Source: Eledone cirrhosa (lineage: Eukaryota). Taken from it: a stretch of 64,000 nt of DNA. The translations under genes and the position numbers were made by a program. This document shows positions 38,757-50,653 of the stretch, in pieces (within the stretch, counting starts at the first letter, position 1; each line of letters starts with the position of its first letter). The notes below the pieces were generated by a model. That model was given only the letters and a program-made list of their open reading frames with translations, made no database searches and was not told where the DNA came from. The stretch lies in contig OZ024743.1 of assembly GCA_964016885.1 (NCBI GenBank), forward strand, positions 373,612,001 to 373,676,000, in the 5' to 3' direction.

Positions 38757-39058
38757 TGTTCCAATATTACAATACCCTAACTGTTCCAATATTCCAATAT
38801 CCTTACTTCCTGATATGTGTTATCCTCTCTATCATCCTACACCATGTCTATGTCTTTCATTTCATTTTCCTTCATCTTTGGCCATATCGTTCTTGGTCTT
38901 CCTATTCCTCTACTTCCTTCCACATTTATTTCCATTACTCCTCTCACAACCAGTCACTGGCTCAACTCCTTTCAACCTCTCAAATTCACTGCCCCACCCT
39001 ACCAAAACAACTGGTTGAAGTAAATAGATTTTGATATTTTTGTTTTCTGTTGTTGTAG

Positions 39059-39319
39059 GAGTAAGCTACAGTTCAGTTTGGCATCACCGACATTGGCAGA
39101 AGGTTTTGGTAGTTGCTGCAGGATGTAGTTTTTCAATGTTACCATCACCTTTACCAAAGGAAGGAACTATATTGGGAGGAACGGTTACCCTTAAAGGCAA
39201 TAACCTTTCTCTAGCTTGTTTCCATGGCTTCAACTTTCGTTCAAAATCATGGGCCATCTTCACCATCAACGAACCTGACATTATATTTGCTACAGAAGCC
39301 CAGAAGAGTGCAGAAGGAG
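39059..39319 (+). CDS. BLTP1: BLTP1 exon (…WHHRHWQKVL...LACFHGFNFRSKSWAIF...TEAQK)
   Basis: TTGTAG| and G|GTAAGC; HHRHW and LACFHGxNFRSKSWA motifs; 261 nt, phase 1-1. Confidence 0.97.
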
Positions 39320-39744
39320 GTAAGCGAGAGCCATTTTACCTAGTTTTTATTAACTACATCAGTTTTAGACCACCGAGCCATTCATGAAATCCTTGATCCA
39401 TTATTGGACCCAGGAGTATACAAAATTAAGTAAATAAATAAATCAGTAAGCAGATTATATAAAATAAAGACAAAGATTATTACCATCATCACCATGTCCA
39501 TTTTCTACACTGGCATGGGCTTGACGGGTTAAATGTTCCAAGGTTAGACAAGTCAGGTGACCATGTCTTGCTCATATGGTCCAGTTTAGAATGGTGTCTG
39601 TGGCTGGAAAGCACTTCCTAACACCAGCTATCTTATAGGATGTTCTGGATGCATTTTATCATGGTACCAGCACTATCACTTTCCAAATTGGACATTAAAA
39701 AGTGATGATGATATATATAAATATGTATATATATATATATATAT

Positions 39745-40140
39745 TTGTGTATAGTGGTAGCTATGGTGCTTCCGTAGGCGGTATGCCAAAATTAGTACTC
39801 GATATTTATCAGAGTAGAGTGTAGATATTATCAAAAAAACGAAAAAGCAGTGATGCATCTGGACTTAGTTTATTTCGTGTTACAAATGTTTCGCCGGCAT
39901 GTAGCTCGAGTCATGGTCCTTGTATGGATCTGGCTGATTCTACTTCTGCGGGTTCTTTCAGACACGGGTGTTATGTCCGGAGCAAATTTTTCCAGACATA
40001 ACACCCGTGTCTGAAAGAACCCGCAGAAGTAGAATCAGCCAGATCCATACAAGGACCATGACTCGAGCTACATGCCGGCGAAACATTTGTAACACGAAAT
40101 AAACTAAGTCCAGATGCATCACTGATTTTTCGTTTTCTTG

Positions 40141-40147
<7 letters not shown>
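39745..40147. mobile_element. Second fold-back element in (TA)n with hammerhead-like motifs
   Basis: Palindrome 39825-40147 (arms about 155 bp); CGTGT-CTGAAAGA (40011) ... GAAACATTTGTA-ACACG (40080-40096); AATAAA at 40098. Confidence 0.72.
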
Positions 40148-40176
<29 letters not shown>

Positions 40177-40179
<3 letters not shown>

Positions 40180-41484
40180 CCTTCCGGGAAATGGCCATGC
40201 TCAGTGTGTAGGAAAGGCGTAGGTAGAAACTCCATTTTATGTCCCAAATGCAAAGTATGGGTGCATAAAAGATGTAGTGGGATCACAGATAAGCTAACCA
40301 AGAACACAGATTTTACATGTGGCCGGTGCTCTGGTGCAATAAGTAGCAGCAAGTGCCCACAAAATACTAGCTCTTTCAACTGCGCAGAGGGTTCTATAGA
40401 AATAGTGGACAGCTTCCGTTACCTGGGTGACAAAATCAGCAGTGGGGAAGGGTGCTCTGAAAGTACAGTAGCTAGAGTCAGAACTGGATGGAAAAAGTTC
40501 AGAGAGCTTATACCACTATTAGCCGCTAAAGGGTTCTCTCTAAAAATGAAAGGCAGGTTGTACGATGCCTGCATACGAACAGCAATGTTGCATGGCAGTG
40601 AGACCTGGGCATTGTGTGCAGAGGATATACGCAGACTAGAGAGGAACGAAGCTTGCATGCTCCGCTGGATGTGTAATAGTAATATACGTGAACGGCAAAG
40701 CATAAACGAACTAAGGAAAAAATTAGAAATAAGAGGGATCAGATGTTTACTCGAGAGAAGACTACGTTGGTATGGTCACGTGATGCGCATGAAAGACGAC
40801 AGCTGTATAGCAAAGTGCAGGGCAATAAAGATAGACGGTAGCCACGGAGTAGGCAGACCCAGAAAAGCCTGGGACGAGCTGATAAATTCCCACCTCACAC
40901 AATTACACCTCCCCAAGACAATGTCACTGGACCGAGACCTTTGGCGGTACTCAGTAGTAGAGAAGACCCGCCTTACCTAAATACAAAGTAAAACCTACTA
41001 CAGTCAGTAGGCATCTCTAACAAAATACACCCCTGTCCCACCACCCCCACCCCATCCACACCGCCCCTTTCAATGTAAAGTTATGATGGTCCCACAAAAT
41101 CCAGGCCGAAACAAATGAGATCGTGGAGGTGTCACGACAAAAAAACACACAGTCCACGCTGTAATGTGGCCGTGTAGGCAACACGGTAAAAACCTCCCAG
41201 CCCCACACTGTAAATGTGGTCGGTGTTAGGAAGGGCATCCAACTGTAGAAAACCCGCCAGACAGTCCACGCTGTAATGTGGCCGTGTAGGCAACACGGTA
41301 AAAACCTCCCAGCCCCACACTGTAAATGTGGTTGGTGTTAGGAAGGGCATCCAGCTGTAGAAAACCTGCCAGACAGTCCTATGCGAGCAAGACAACCACT
41401 CTTGCCTCAAGTGGGAAAACTCCCGTCCAAACCCATGCAAGCGTGGAACATGGACGTTAAACGATGATGATGATGATGATGATG
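40177..41484 (+). mobile_element. RTE LINE 3' fragment with a tandem duplication of about 120 bp in its 3' UTR
   Basis: ORF to 40980; ACAGTCCACGCTGTAATGTGGCC...AGGAAGGGCATCC occurs twice; (GAT)n tail. Confidence 0.95.
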
Positions 41485-42080
41485 AGTTCAAGAATAAACA
41501 AGACAAAACATGCAAAAACAGTCTTACTAGTTTTGCACTTAGGAAGAAAAAAAATATATATATATATGTATATTTCTATTGAATTGAATATATATATACC
41601 TGATTGAAAGCAATAAGAATAGTGTGTGGTTGTTAAGAAGCCAACTGACATGAGATTCTCATAAATACTGTTTAGTAGCTGTGAAATGTTTGGAAGTTAA
41701 AGAAGAAAAACCAATTGATGTATTTTTACATCTCAAAAGATATTGAACATTTTCATGACATTCAGCAATAATCCAAACAATGCATTTAAAATATGTTTTT
41801 ATTTTGTAGATAGGAAGCTGTATTATTTGTAAGAAAATATACAATAATGTTTTATAACTTTATTGTAAAATAGATAAATGCAAGCATGGCTGTGTTGTTA
41901 AGGAATTTGCTCTGCTGCCACATAGTTTTGGGTTCTATTCCACTGTGTGGCACCTCGGGCAAGTGTCTTCTACTATAGCCTCAGGTTGATTAGTGCACCC
42001 TAGATGAAATTTGGTAAACAGAAACTGTGTGGAAGCTTGTTATATGTAAATATACACACATATATACACATATATGTATA

Positions 42081-42962
42081 CAAGGTGTGTCAGAAAAGTT
42101 CCAGGACTGATGTCACAAAAGATTTATTTCAAACCCAAACTTCACACCAAGTGTTTTCTCCTTCAAAGTAATCCCCCTGGAGTATGTAACAGTAATCTTA
42201 GCTCTCTGCAGCGATCAAACTTTTTTCTTCATAATTTTACATGTCCTCTGTTTCAGGTCGTCAAGCAATGAGCACAGAGCAACGAACAAACTTGAAGTTT
42301 CTGGTATGGTTGGGGAAAACTCCGTCAGAAGCACTGGGATTGCTGCAGCAAGTGTATGGAGATGAGATGATGTCACGCTCACGTGTTTTTGAGTGGTGCA
42401 AGATGACCCCAGGAGCGGAAGGCCCTCAACAACCAGGACTGAGGTCAATGTTGAGCGTGTCAGGCAGATGGTGCGTAGTGATCGTCGGCTGACTGTTCGA
42501 CTGATGGCAAATGAGCTGAGCATGAATCGGGACAGCGTCTGGAAGATTCTCACTGAAGATTTGGACATGCGGAAAGTCTGCGCGAAGATGGAGCCAAAAC
42601 TGCTGAATGATGACCAGAAGGGTCGACGCATGCAAGTGTGCCAGGACATCCTCGAGCGTCTTGAAACTGAACCAGACTTGCCAGGGACAGTCATCACCGG
42701 TGATGAGTCATGGATCTTCGAGTACGACCCGGAAGGGACCCATTTTGAAGACGTGGACGACATCAAAAAGGCTGTGACGACGGAACTGCGGAGGATCCCG
42801 GAAGAATCCTTCCAGGAGTGCATGCAAGCGTGGCAGAAAAGGATGGAAAAGTGCATTAGACTCCAGGGGGATTACTTTGAAGGAGAAAACTCTTAGTGTG
42901 AAGTTTGGGTTTGAAATAAATCTTTTGTGACATCAGTCCTGGAACTTTTCTGACGCACCTCG
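42081..42962 (+). mobile_element. Mariner transposon, internally deleted, TA TSD, TIRs of about 67 bp
   Basis: CAAGGTGTGTCAGAAAAG...CTTCACAC is mirrored at the right end; DDPRSGRP, ITGDESW and C-terminal CIRLQGDYFE present; second and third catalytic Asp deleted. Confidence 0.95.
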
Positions 42963-43244
42963 TATATATATGCACTTATACGTGCACACACACACACATA
43001 TATATATATATGCACACACACACACACACATATTTATATTCTTACACACAATTACATGTGTGTCCATGATTCTGTGTAATGTTTATGTCCAATAACTTTG
43101 GAGTTTGACAAAAAAGTTTGATAAAATATGTACCAGACATGAAAAATAAAAGTACTGGGGTTGATATGATGGACTAAATCCTTTATTCTTAGCAAGGGGA
43201 CTATCTCTATAGAGGGTCCCTGTTTGGCACTGGACATATAATTG

Positions 43245-43450
43245 ATTTCTAATTTAGGCACATGGCTAACAAATTTGGAAGAAAAGGAGAGTTGGTTAAA
43301 TGAACCCCAATACTTGACTGGTACTTTATTTATTGATCCCAGAAGGATATAAGGCAAAAGTTGACCTTGGTGGGATTTGAACTCAGAATGCAAAGAGCCA
43401 GAATAAATACTGCAATGGAATTTTATCTGAAGCTCTACTAATTCTTCCAA
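43245..43450 (-). mobile_element. CORE-type SINE, degenerate
   Basis: GACTGGTACTTTATTT..GGCAAAAGTTGACCTTGGTGGGATTTGAACTCAGA. Confidence 0.7.
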
Positions 43451-43545
43451 TCAATATAATTGTTGAGTGTTGTAGTTATTTCCAACAGTGCATTTGTATT
43501 TTGCCATATTACTAATTATTTTAACTCTTCCAACATTTTCCCCAG

Positions 43546-43719
43546 GAACCTGTGTTGTACAAGATCTCACCTTCCGTGTAGGACATGACACAACCCAACA
43601 CATCAGTGACAAGAATATGGCAACCATTTGTAAGTTATCTCGTGGACATTATATGCCTCCTCCTTTCACCAGTGTTCGTGAATGGTTCCACTATGCCTTT
43701 GCATCTGCAGAAATTAAAG
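43546..43719 (+). CDS. BLTP1: BLTP1 exon (TCVVQDLTFRVGH...MATICKLSR...SVREWFHYAFA)
   Basis: CCCCAG| and AAG|GTAGGT; corresponds to KIAA1109 VQxLxFxxGH, MATI and SVxEWF; 174 nt, phase 1-1. Last exon found in the window. Confidence 0.94.
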
Positions 43720-43887
43720 GTAGGTTGTGTTTACTTTCTGTCTTTGCAAATAAAGTGGCTAGTTGATATTTTATTTCATTTTTTGTTGCTTCTTCTGTCA
43801 TTTTATCTATTATGTTTTACAGCATGCAATCTTTGTCAAGCTACTTTGGAATGCCAAAAAATATTCTCATTCAATTAAATGATGAAT

Positions 43888-44162
43888 TTATATATATATA
43901 TATATATATGTGTGTTTACATATATGTATACATACAAATATGTATGTATACATACATGTATGTATATATACATACATGTATGTATATATACATACATACA
44001 TGTATATATGTATATATACATGTATATATGTATATATACATACATATATGTATGTATACATACATACATATATGTATGTACATATACATACATATATGTA
44101 TATATATATATATATACACATACATTTATGTATATACATATGTGTATATATACATATATATA
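43888..44162. repeat. Complex (TA)/(TACA)/(TATG) microsatellite
   Basis: Directly visible; source of several spurious ORFs. Confidence 0.95.
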
Positions 44163-44374
44163 AAATGAAATATAACAGTCACATACAGACAGCCACTTTG
44201 GGCAACCAAGAAGTGATAAAACAAGTGATAAAAAAAACATACCCAGAAGATATCTTTGTATCGTTTTCTTCCTCTTGACGTACGTATCAAAAGTGCTAAA
44301 TGTTAGACTTTAGTACTTATCACAGGACTCCTTCCAGTTTTGGTATGGTTTCTACTGCTGGATCTGCTTCTTCT

Positions 44375-44720
44375 TCTTCATCCACTTATTCCTGAGAGGG
44401 TTGCAGGGGCAGAGTGCTCAAACACTCCTTCCAGTAGGTCCTGTCAGAAGCAACTGTCTCTAATTGATTCGGCTGGATTTCCAAATGAGACCAGCCAAGC
44501 TCGTGGATGTTATCCAACCATCTTGCTCGTGATCTACCCCTGGGTCTCCTGATTGGTTTTGTCAACAAAATCTGTCCAGAAATAGTATTGGAGCTGTGAT
44601 ATCTCAATTTGGAGAAGTAGTGGTTCTACCTGGAGTGACTCTCTGAGCTATGCACTTTATTAAGTAATGTTATTCCAAAGACCCTCTGGAAGAACCCCAA
44701 TTTTGGCTGCTTGTATTCAT
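44375..44720 (-). mobile_element. Old RTE-like LINE 3' fragment (second family)
   Basis: RRPRGRSRARWLDNIHELGW; aligns by eye with 13205-13655. Confidence 0.75.
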
Positions 44721-44862
44721 TTGATTTCTACTGCTGGATGCCCTTCTAAAAGCCAACCACTTTATAGATTGTAGTGGATGATTTTATTGCATATGATATG
44801 CCGCTATCAGTTTTCCTTTATCCGGGGTATTTTAATCAAGTTATCAATCATTATTATAGTTA

Positions 44863-45050
44863 GGGCGGTGGATTGGCAGTATCAGTAGAGGGTCGGACTC
44901 CATGCTTGACGCAAAGAGTTACGTCCCTTTACGATCTGAGTTCAAATCCCAACGAGGTTAACTTTGCTTTTCATCCTTACGGGGTTGATAAAATAAAGTA
45001 CCAGTAATGCACTGGGTTATTTGTTGGCCTTGTGCCAAAAAGTAGAAACA
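44863..45050 (+). mobile_element. CORE-type SINE with TSD ATTATAGTTA
   Basis: GGCGGTGGATTGGCAG head, GAGTTCAAATCCC B-box; 10-bp direct repeat at 44853 and 45051. Confidence 0.88.
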
Positions 45051-45452
45051 ATTATAGTTATCTGCATTGTGGTAACTATATTTTCATGGTTTCCATTGCT
45101 AGATGACCTTCTTAACACCAGCCACATTACAACATTTACTGGGTGCATTCTATCATGGCACCAGCACTATCACTTTACAGAATGGACTGGTTGAATTTTA
45201 CTGTCAATACCACTTTACTGAATTGGCTCAGTGCATTTTATCATGGGACCAGCAGATAAATTTATTTGAATGTAGTTAATGTATTCAAGATTCACTACAT
45301 TTATTACGAATATATATATATATATATATGTACACACATATATTTGTATCTCTCTCTCTTTATATATATATGCGATCGTGGAAGAGCAGATGTAAAAACG
45401 ATGATGATGATATTCTCAGCGTTTAAAAGCTGAAAATTCGGCTTTGTACATT

Positions 45453-45517
<65 letters not shown>

Positions 45518-45541
45518 CGTGTATATAAATATATATGTATG

Positions 45542-45643
<102 letters not shown>

Positions 45644-45653
45644 TAAATAAATA

Positions 45654-48600
45654 ATCATCATCATCATCGTTTAACGTCCATGTTCCACGCTTGCATGGGT
45701 TTGGACGGGAGTTTTCCCACTTGAGGCAAGAGTGGTTGTCTTGCTCACATAGGACTGTCTGGCGGGTTTTCTTCAGCTGGATGCCCTTCCTAACACCAAC
45801 CACATTTTACAGTGTGGGACTGGGAGGTTTTTACCGTGTTGCCTACACGGCCACATTACAGCGTTGACTGTGTTTTTTTGTCGTGACACCTACACGATCT
45901 CATTTGTTTTGGCCTGGATGCTGTGGCACCAACATAACTTTACATTGAAAGGGGTGGTGTGGATGGGTTGGGGGTGGTGGGACGGGGGTGTGTTTTGTTA
46001 GAGATGCCTACTGACTGTAGTAGGTTTTACTTTGTATTCAGGTAAGGCGGGTCTTCTCTATTACTGAGTACCGCCAAAGATCTCGGTCCAGTGACATTGT
46101 CTTGGAGAGGTGTAAGTGTGTGAGGTCGGAATTTATCAGGTCGTCCCAGGCTTTTCTGGGTCTGCCTACTCCGTGGCTACCGTCTATCTTTATTGCCCTG
46201 CACTTTGTTATACAGCTGTCGTCTTTCATGCGCATCACGTGACCATACCAACGTAGCCTTCTCTCGACTAAACAACATCTGATCCCTCTTTTTCTAATTT
46301 TTCCCTTAGTTCGTTTATGCTTTGCCGTTCGCGTATATTACTATTACACATCCAGCGGAGCATGCAAGCTTCGTTCCTCTCTAGTCTGCGTATATCCTCT
46401 GCACACAATGCCCAGGTCTCACTGCCATGCAACATTGCTGTTCGTATGCAGGCATCATACAGCCTGCCTTTCATTTTTAGGGAGAACCCTTTAGCGGCTA
46501 ATAGTGGTATAAGCTCTCCGAACTTTTTCCATCCAGTTCTGACTCTAGCTACTGTACTTTCAGAGCACCCTCCCCCACTGCTGATTTTGTCACCCGGGTA
46601 ATGGAAGCTGTCCACTATTTCTATAGAACCCTCTGCGCAATTGAAAGAGCTAGTATTTTGTGGGCACTTGCTGCTACTTATTGCACCAGAGCACCGGCCA
46701 CATGTAAAATCTATGTTCTTAGTTAGCTTACCTGTGATCCCACTACATCTTTTATGCACCCATACTGTGGGCTCTTAGAAAACTAGGAGTAGATGAATGG
46801 CTTGTGAAAGCGGTACAAGCCATGTATAGGGGAGCAGTCAGCAAAGTTAGGATTGGCAATGAGTATAGCGAGGAATTTAGCGTACAGGTTGGGGTCCACC
46901 AGGGCTCTGTTCTTAGCCCTCTCCTGTTCATCATAGTCCTGCAGGCAATAACGGAGGAGTTTAAGACCGGATGCCCATGGGAACTCCTGTATGCTGATGA
47001 CCTCGCACTCATAGCTGAATCTATGGTAGAACTAGAGAATAAATTCCAAACCTGGAAGCAGGGACTAGAGAGAAAGGGCCTCAAAGTCAACATGACAAAG
47101 ACTAAGGTCCTTATAAGTAGACGAGAAAACAGAACCCAGATCCCCTCAGGGAAATGGCCTTGCTCAGTATGTAGGAAAGGTGTAGGTAGGAACTCCATTC
47201 TTTGCCCCAAATGCAAACAATGGGTACACAAGAGATGTAGCGGGATCTCAGGAAGCTTAATTAAGAATGTAGGATTCACATGCAGCAGCTGTGCTGAAAC
47301 AGCAAGCAAACAGCCACAGGAAACAAGTACCACCAATCTCTGGGAGGGCCCTGTTGAAACAGTAGACAGCTTCTGCTACCTAGGTGACCGAATTAGCAAC
47401 GGAGGTGGGTGCTCAGAAAGTACAATAACTAGGGTAAGAACGGGATGGAAGAAGTTTAGGGAACTACTACCACTGCTAGCTGCAAAAGGCTTCTCCCTCA
47501 GAATGAAAGGCAGACTGTATGATGCGTGTATCCGAACAGCGATGTTGCATGGTAGTGAGACCTGGGCGCTGAAGGTGGAAGACTTACGTAGATTAGAGAG
47601 AAACGAAGCCTGCATGCTCCGATGGATGTGTAACAGTAATATACGTGAACGACAAAGCATAAATGAATTGAGAGAGAGACTGAGCATAAGAGGAATCAAA
47701 TGCTGCGTGCAGGAGAGGCGGTTACGCTGGTATGGACATGTGATGCGTATGAAGGATGACAGCTGCATAAAAAGGTGCAGAGCACTAGAAGTTGATGGAA
47801 ACCGCGGAGTGGGGAGACCCAAGATGACTTGGGATGAGGTGATAAAAGCCGACCTTACCCAACTACACCTCTCAAAGTCAATGACACACGACCGTGACTT
47901 CTGGCGTCACGCAGTAATACAGGGTACCCGACCTCCCATGGGTACATGCTGAAGCATATAAACAATATGCCCCCCCCCCCCCCACCGCAAGGTGGTCGTG
48001 GAGGTGCCACGGCAAAAAAGCACCCAGCCCACACTGTAAAGTGGACGTGTAGGCGCCACGAAAAAGCACCCAGCACTCACTGTAAATGAGGTTGGTGTTA
48101 GGAAGGGCATCCAGCTGTAGAAATCAAGCCAGATCAGTTCCTTGAGCAAGGCATGGTCAGCCGACCAGACACTGCCCACAACAGGACAACCCGTCTAACC
48201 TATGCTAGCGTGGAAGAACGGACGTAAAACGGTGATGATGATGATGATGATGACTTTGCATTTGGGACATAAAATGGAGTTTCTACCTACGCCTTTCCTA
48301 CACACTGAGCATGGCCATTTCCCGGAAGGGACCGGCGCCTTATTTTCTTTCCTACAAACTAGAACTTTAGTCTTAGCCAGGTTAATTTTAAGTCCTTTTG
48401 ATTCTAGGCCGTGCTTCCATGTTTGGAATTTCTTTTCTAACTCGGCCATTGATTCAGCTATGAGCGTTAGATCATCTGCATATAGGAGTTCCCATGGGCA
48501 GCCGGTCTTGAACTCCACTGTTATAGCCTGAAGGGCAATAATAAATAGTAGGGGGCTAAGAACAGAGCCCTGATGAACACCAACTTTTACGCTAAACTCT

Positions 48601-50562
48601 TCACTATATTCGTTGTTAATTCTAACCTTGCTGACTGTTTCTTTATACATGGCTTGTATAGCTCTCACAAGCCATTCATCAACACCTAGTTTTCTAAGAA
48701 CCCATCAGATAATGGAACGGGGGACTCTGTCAAAGGCTTTCTCCAAGTCGACAAAAGCTAAGTATAGGGGTTTACTTTTAGCTATGTACTTCTCCTGTAG
48801 TTGTCGTACAATGAAAAGAGCGTCTGTGGTACTTTTGCCTGACACAAACCCGAACTGCATTTCATCTAGATCAATTCTCTCTCTGATTAGTTTTACTATT
48901 ACTTTTTCCGTGACCTTCATGACCTGGTCGATTAATTTAATGCCTCTATAGTTACTCCTATCTAGGGCATCTCCTTTACCCTTATAACAGTTAACGATGA
49001 TGCTGCTACGCCAGTCCTTCGGAACAGCCCCATTCTGTACTACTTGGTTTACTATCCGAGTGACCATGGTATGTCCCACCGTTCCAGATGCCTTCAGCAT
49101 CTCAGCAACTATTTCCGAAGGCACAGCCGCCTTACCCGTCTTCATATCTTTGATTGCCTTACTTATTATACTACCTTCAACTAACACTGCTGGTCCCTCT
49201 ATTGGGTCGATGTGGGGGAGACTGTCCTTCTCCCATTTATTCTCCTCATTTAGTAGCCTTTCGTAGTGACACTTACAAGCTACCTTCTTATCAGCGTCAG
49301 TGATGGCAAGTACGCCATCATCATTTAGTACACACTTCTCCCCGACAATATCACGGTTTTCCTTGACACATTGCCTAGCAATCCTGAACATCTCACGTTT
49401 TTGGTCCTCGCGTTGTAGAACATGCTTGAACTTTCTTTCCTCTGCTTCCCTTCTTGCGAAGTACACTTGTCTCCTAGCTTCCCTCCTGGCCACTTGATAG
49501 TCTTCTCTACTTCCCCCATCCCGCCATACTTTTCAAGCCTGCTTTTTGGCCTTAATCGACTCCTACACCTTACTGTTCCACCACCATGTTACTCTCCTCC
49601 TGTCTATAGGCCTGCTCCGGCCACAGACTTCGTCTGCCGCCATCAGCAGGTTTGCTTTCAGGAATTCCCACAGTTCCTCTATATTGTACGACTCTGAATG
49701 CTCTTCCTTACTGTCGAAAGCATCAAGTAATATGCTTTGAAATTTATTTCTGGCTGTGGGGGTCCTTTAGCTTCCATATTTTTCTCCTGAGGATAGTCCT
49801 CTTCTGCTGTCGAGTACGTCTCGTCCTGACTATGAGGTCGCTAATTATTAGTCTGTTGGGAGGTGCATTCTTCATGGGGGAGGGATTTAGTGTTTACAAC
49901 AGACACTCTGTCACATCTTCTGGTAAGGATATAATCTACCTGGCTTGTGTGTTCCCCCCGATCTATAGGTGATCAGGTGATTGTCTCGTTTTTTGAAGTT
50001 AGTGTTACAGATTGTTAGGTTATTTGCGTCACAGAATTCCAGGATTCTGGTGCCTTCCTCGTTTCTAGTACCAAACCCATAGCCTCCGTGGATTCCATCA
50101 TAGCCGTCACAATGTTGTCCAACGTGACCATTTAGGTCGCCAGCAATAATTATATAGTCACTGTCGGTTATTTGGGAGGTAGTGAGCATCAGTGTCTCAT
50201 AGAAAGTGTCTTTTATAGCGCCAGGCAGTCCGGATTGGGGCGCGTACGCAGATATTATCGTCACAGTAGTTCTATTTAGAACAAGTCTTATTTTAATTAT
50301 TCTGTCGTTTACTCTATTTACGTCTATTATCTTATCCACCCATTTTTCTGCTAACATGATTCCTATCCCACCCAGCCCATTGTCATTTCCCACCCAGAAA
50401 AGCTTATAGCATCGTTTTTTACCCACAATGAATCTAGCAGACCCGCCCCTCCACCTGGTCTCTTGGATACAGCAGACATCAACCTCCTTACGTTCAAGCA
50501 TTTCTACAACCTCGTTAAAGCGGCCTTTTAAGGTCCCTACATTCATGGTACCAACTCTGAAG
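45654..50562 (-). mobile_element. Near-complete RTE LINE ORF (APE endonuclease, RT, PHD-type finger, 3' UTR), disrupted by frameshifts, a stop and a nested insertion
   Basis: NVGTL, IQETRW, SAYAPQ, GDLNGH (49911-50546); NYRGIKL, QFGF, DLEKAFD, YADD; (GAT)n tail at about 45654. Confidence 0.96.
46767..48252 (+). mobile_element. RTE LINE of a sister subfamily nested in the opposite orientation
   Basis: 382-aa open frame 46804-47952; host resumes exactly, with ACT duplicated (46764-46766, 48253-48255); (GAT)n tail. Confidence 0.95.
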
Positions 50563-50581
50563 TTTTTTTATAAATAAATAA

Positions 50582-50653
<72 letters not shown>

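Noticed and set aside
44863-44960. tRNA-like A/B boxes here and in other SINE heads
   Set aside because: No complete cloverleaf; they continue into repeated SINE bodies with TSDs.
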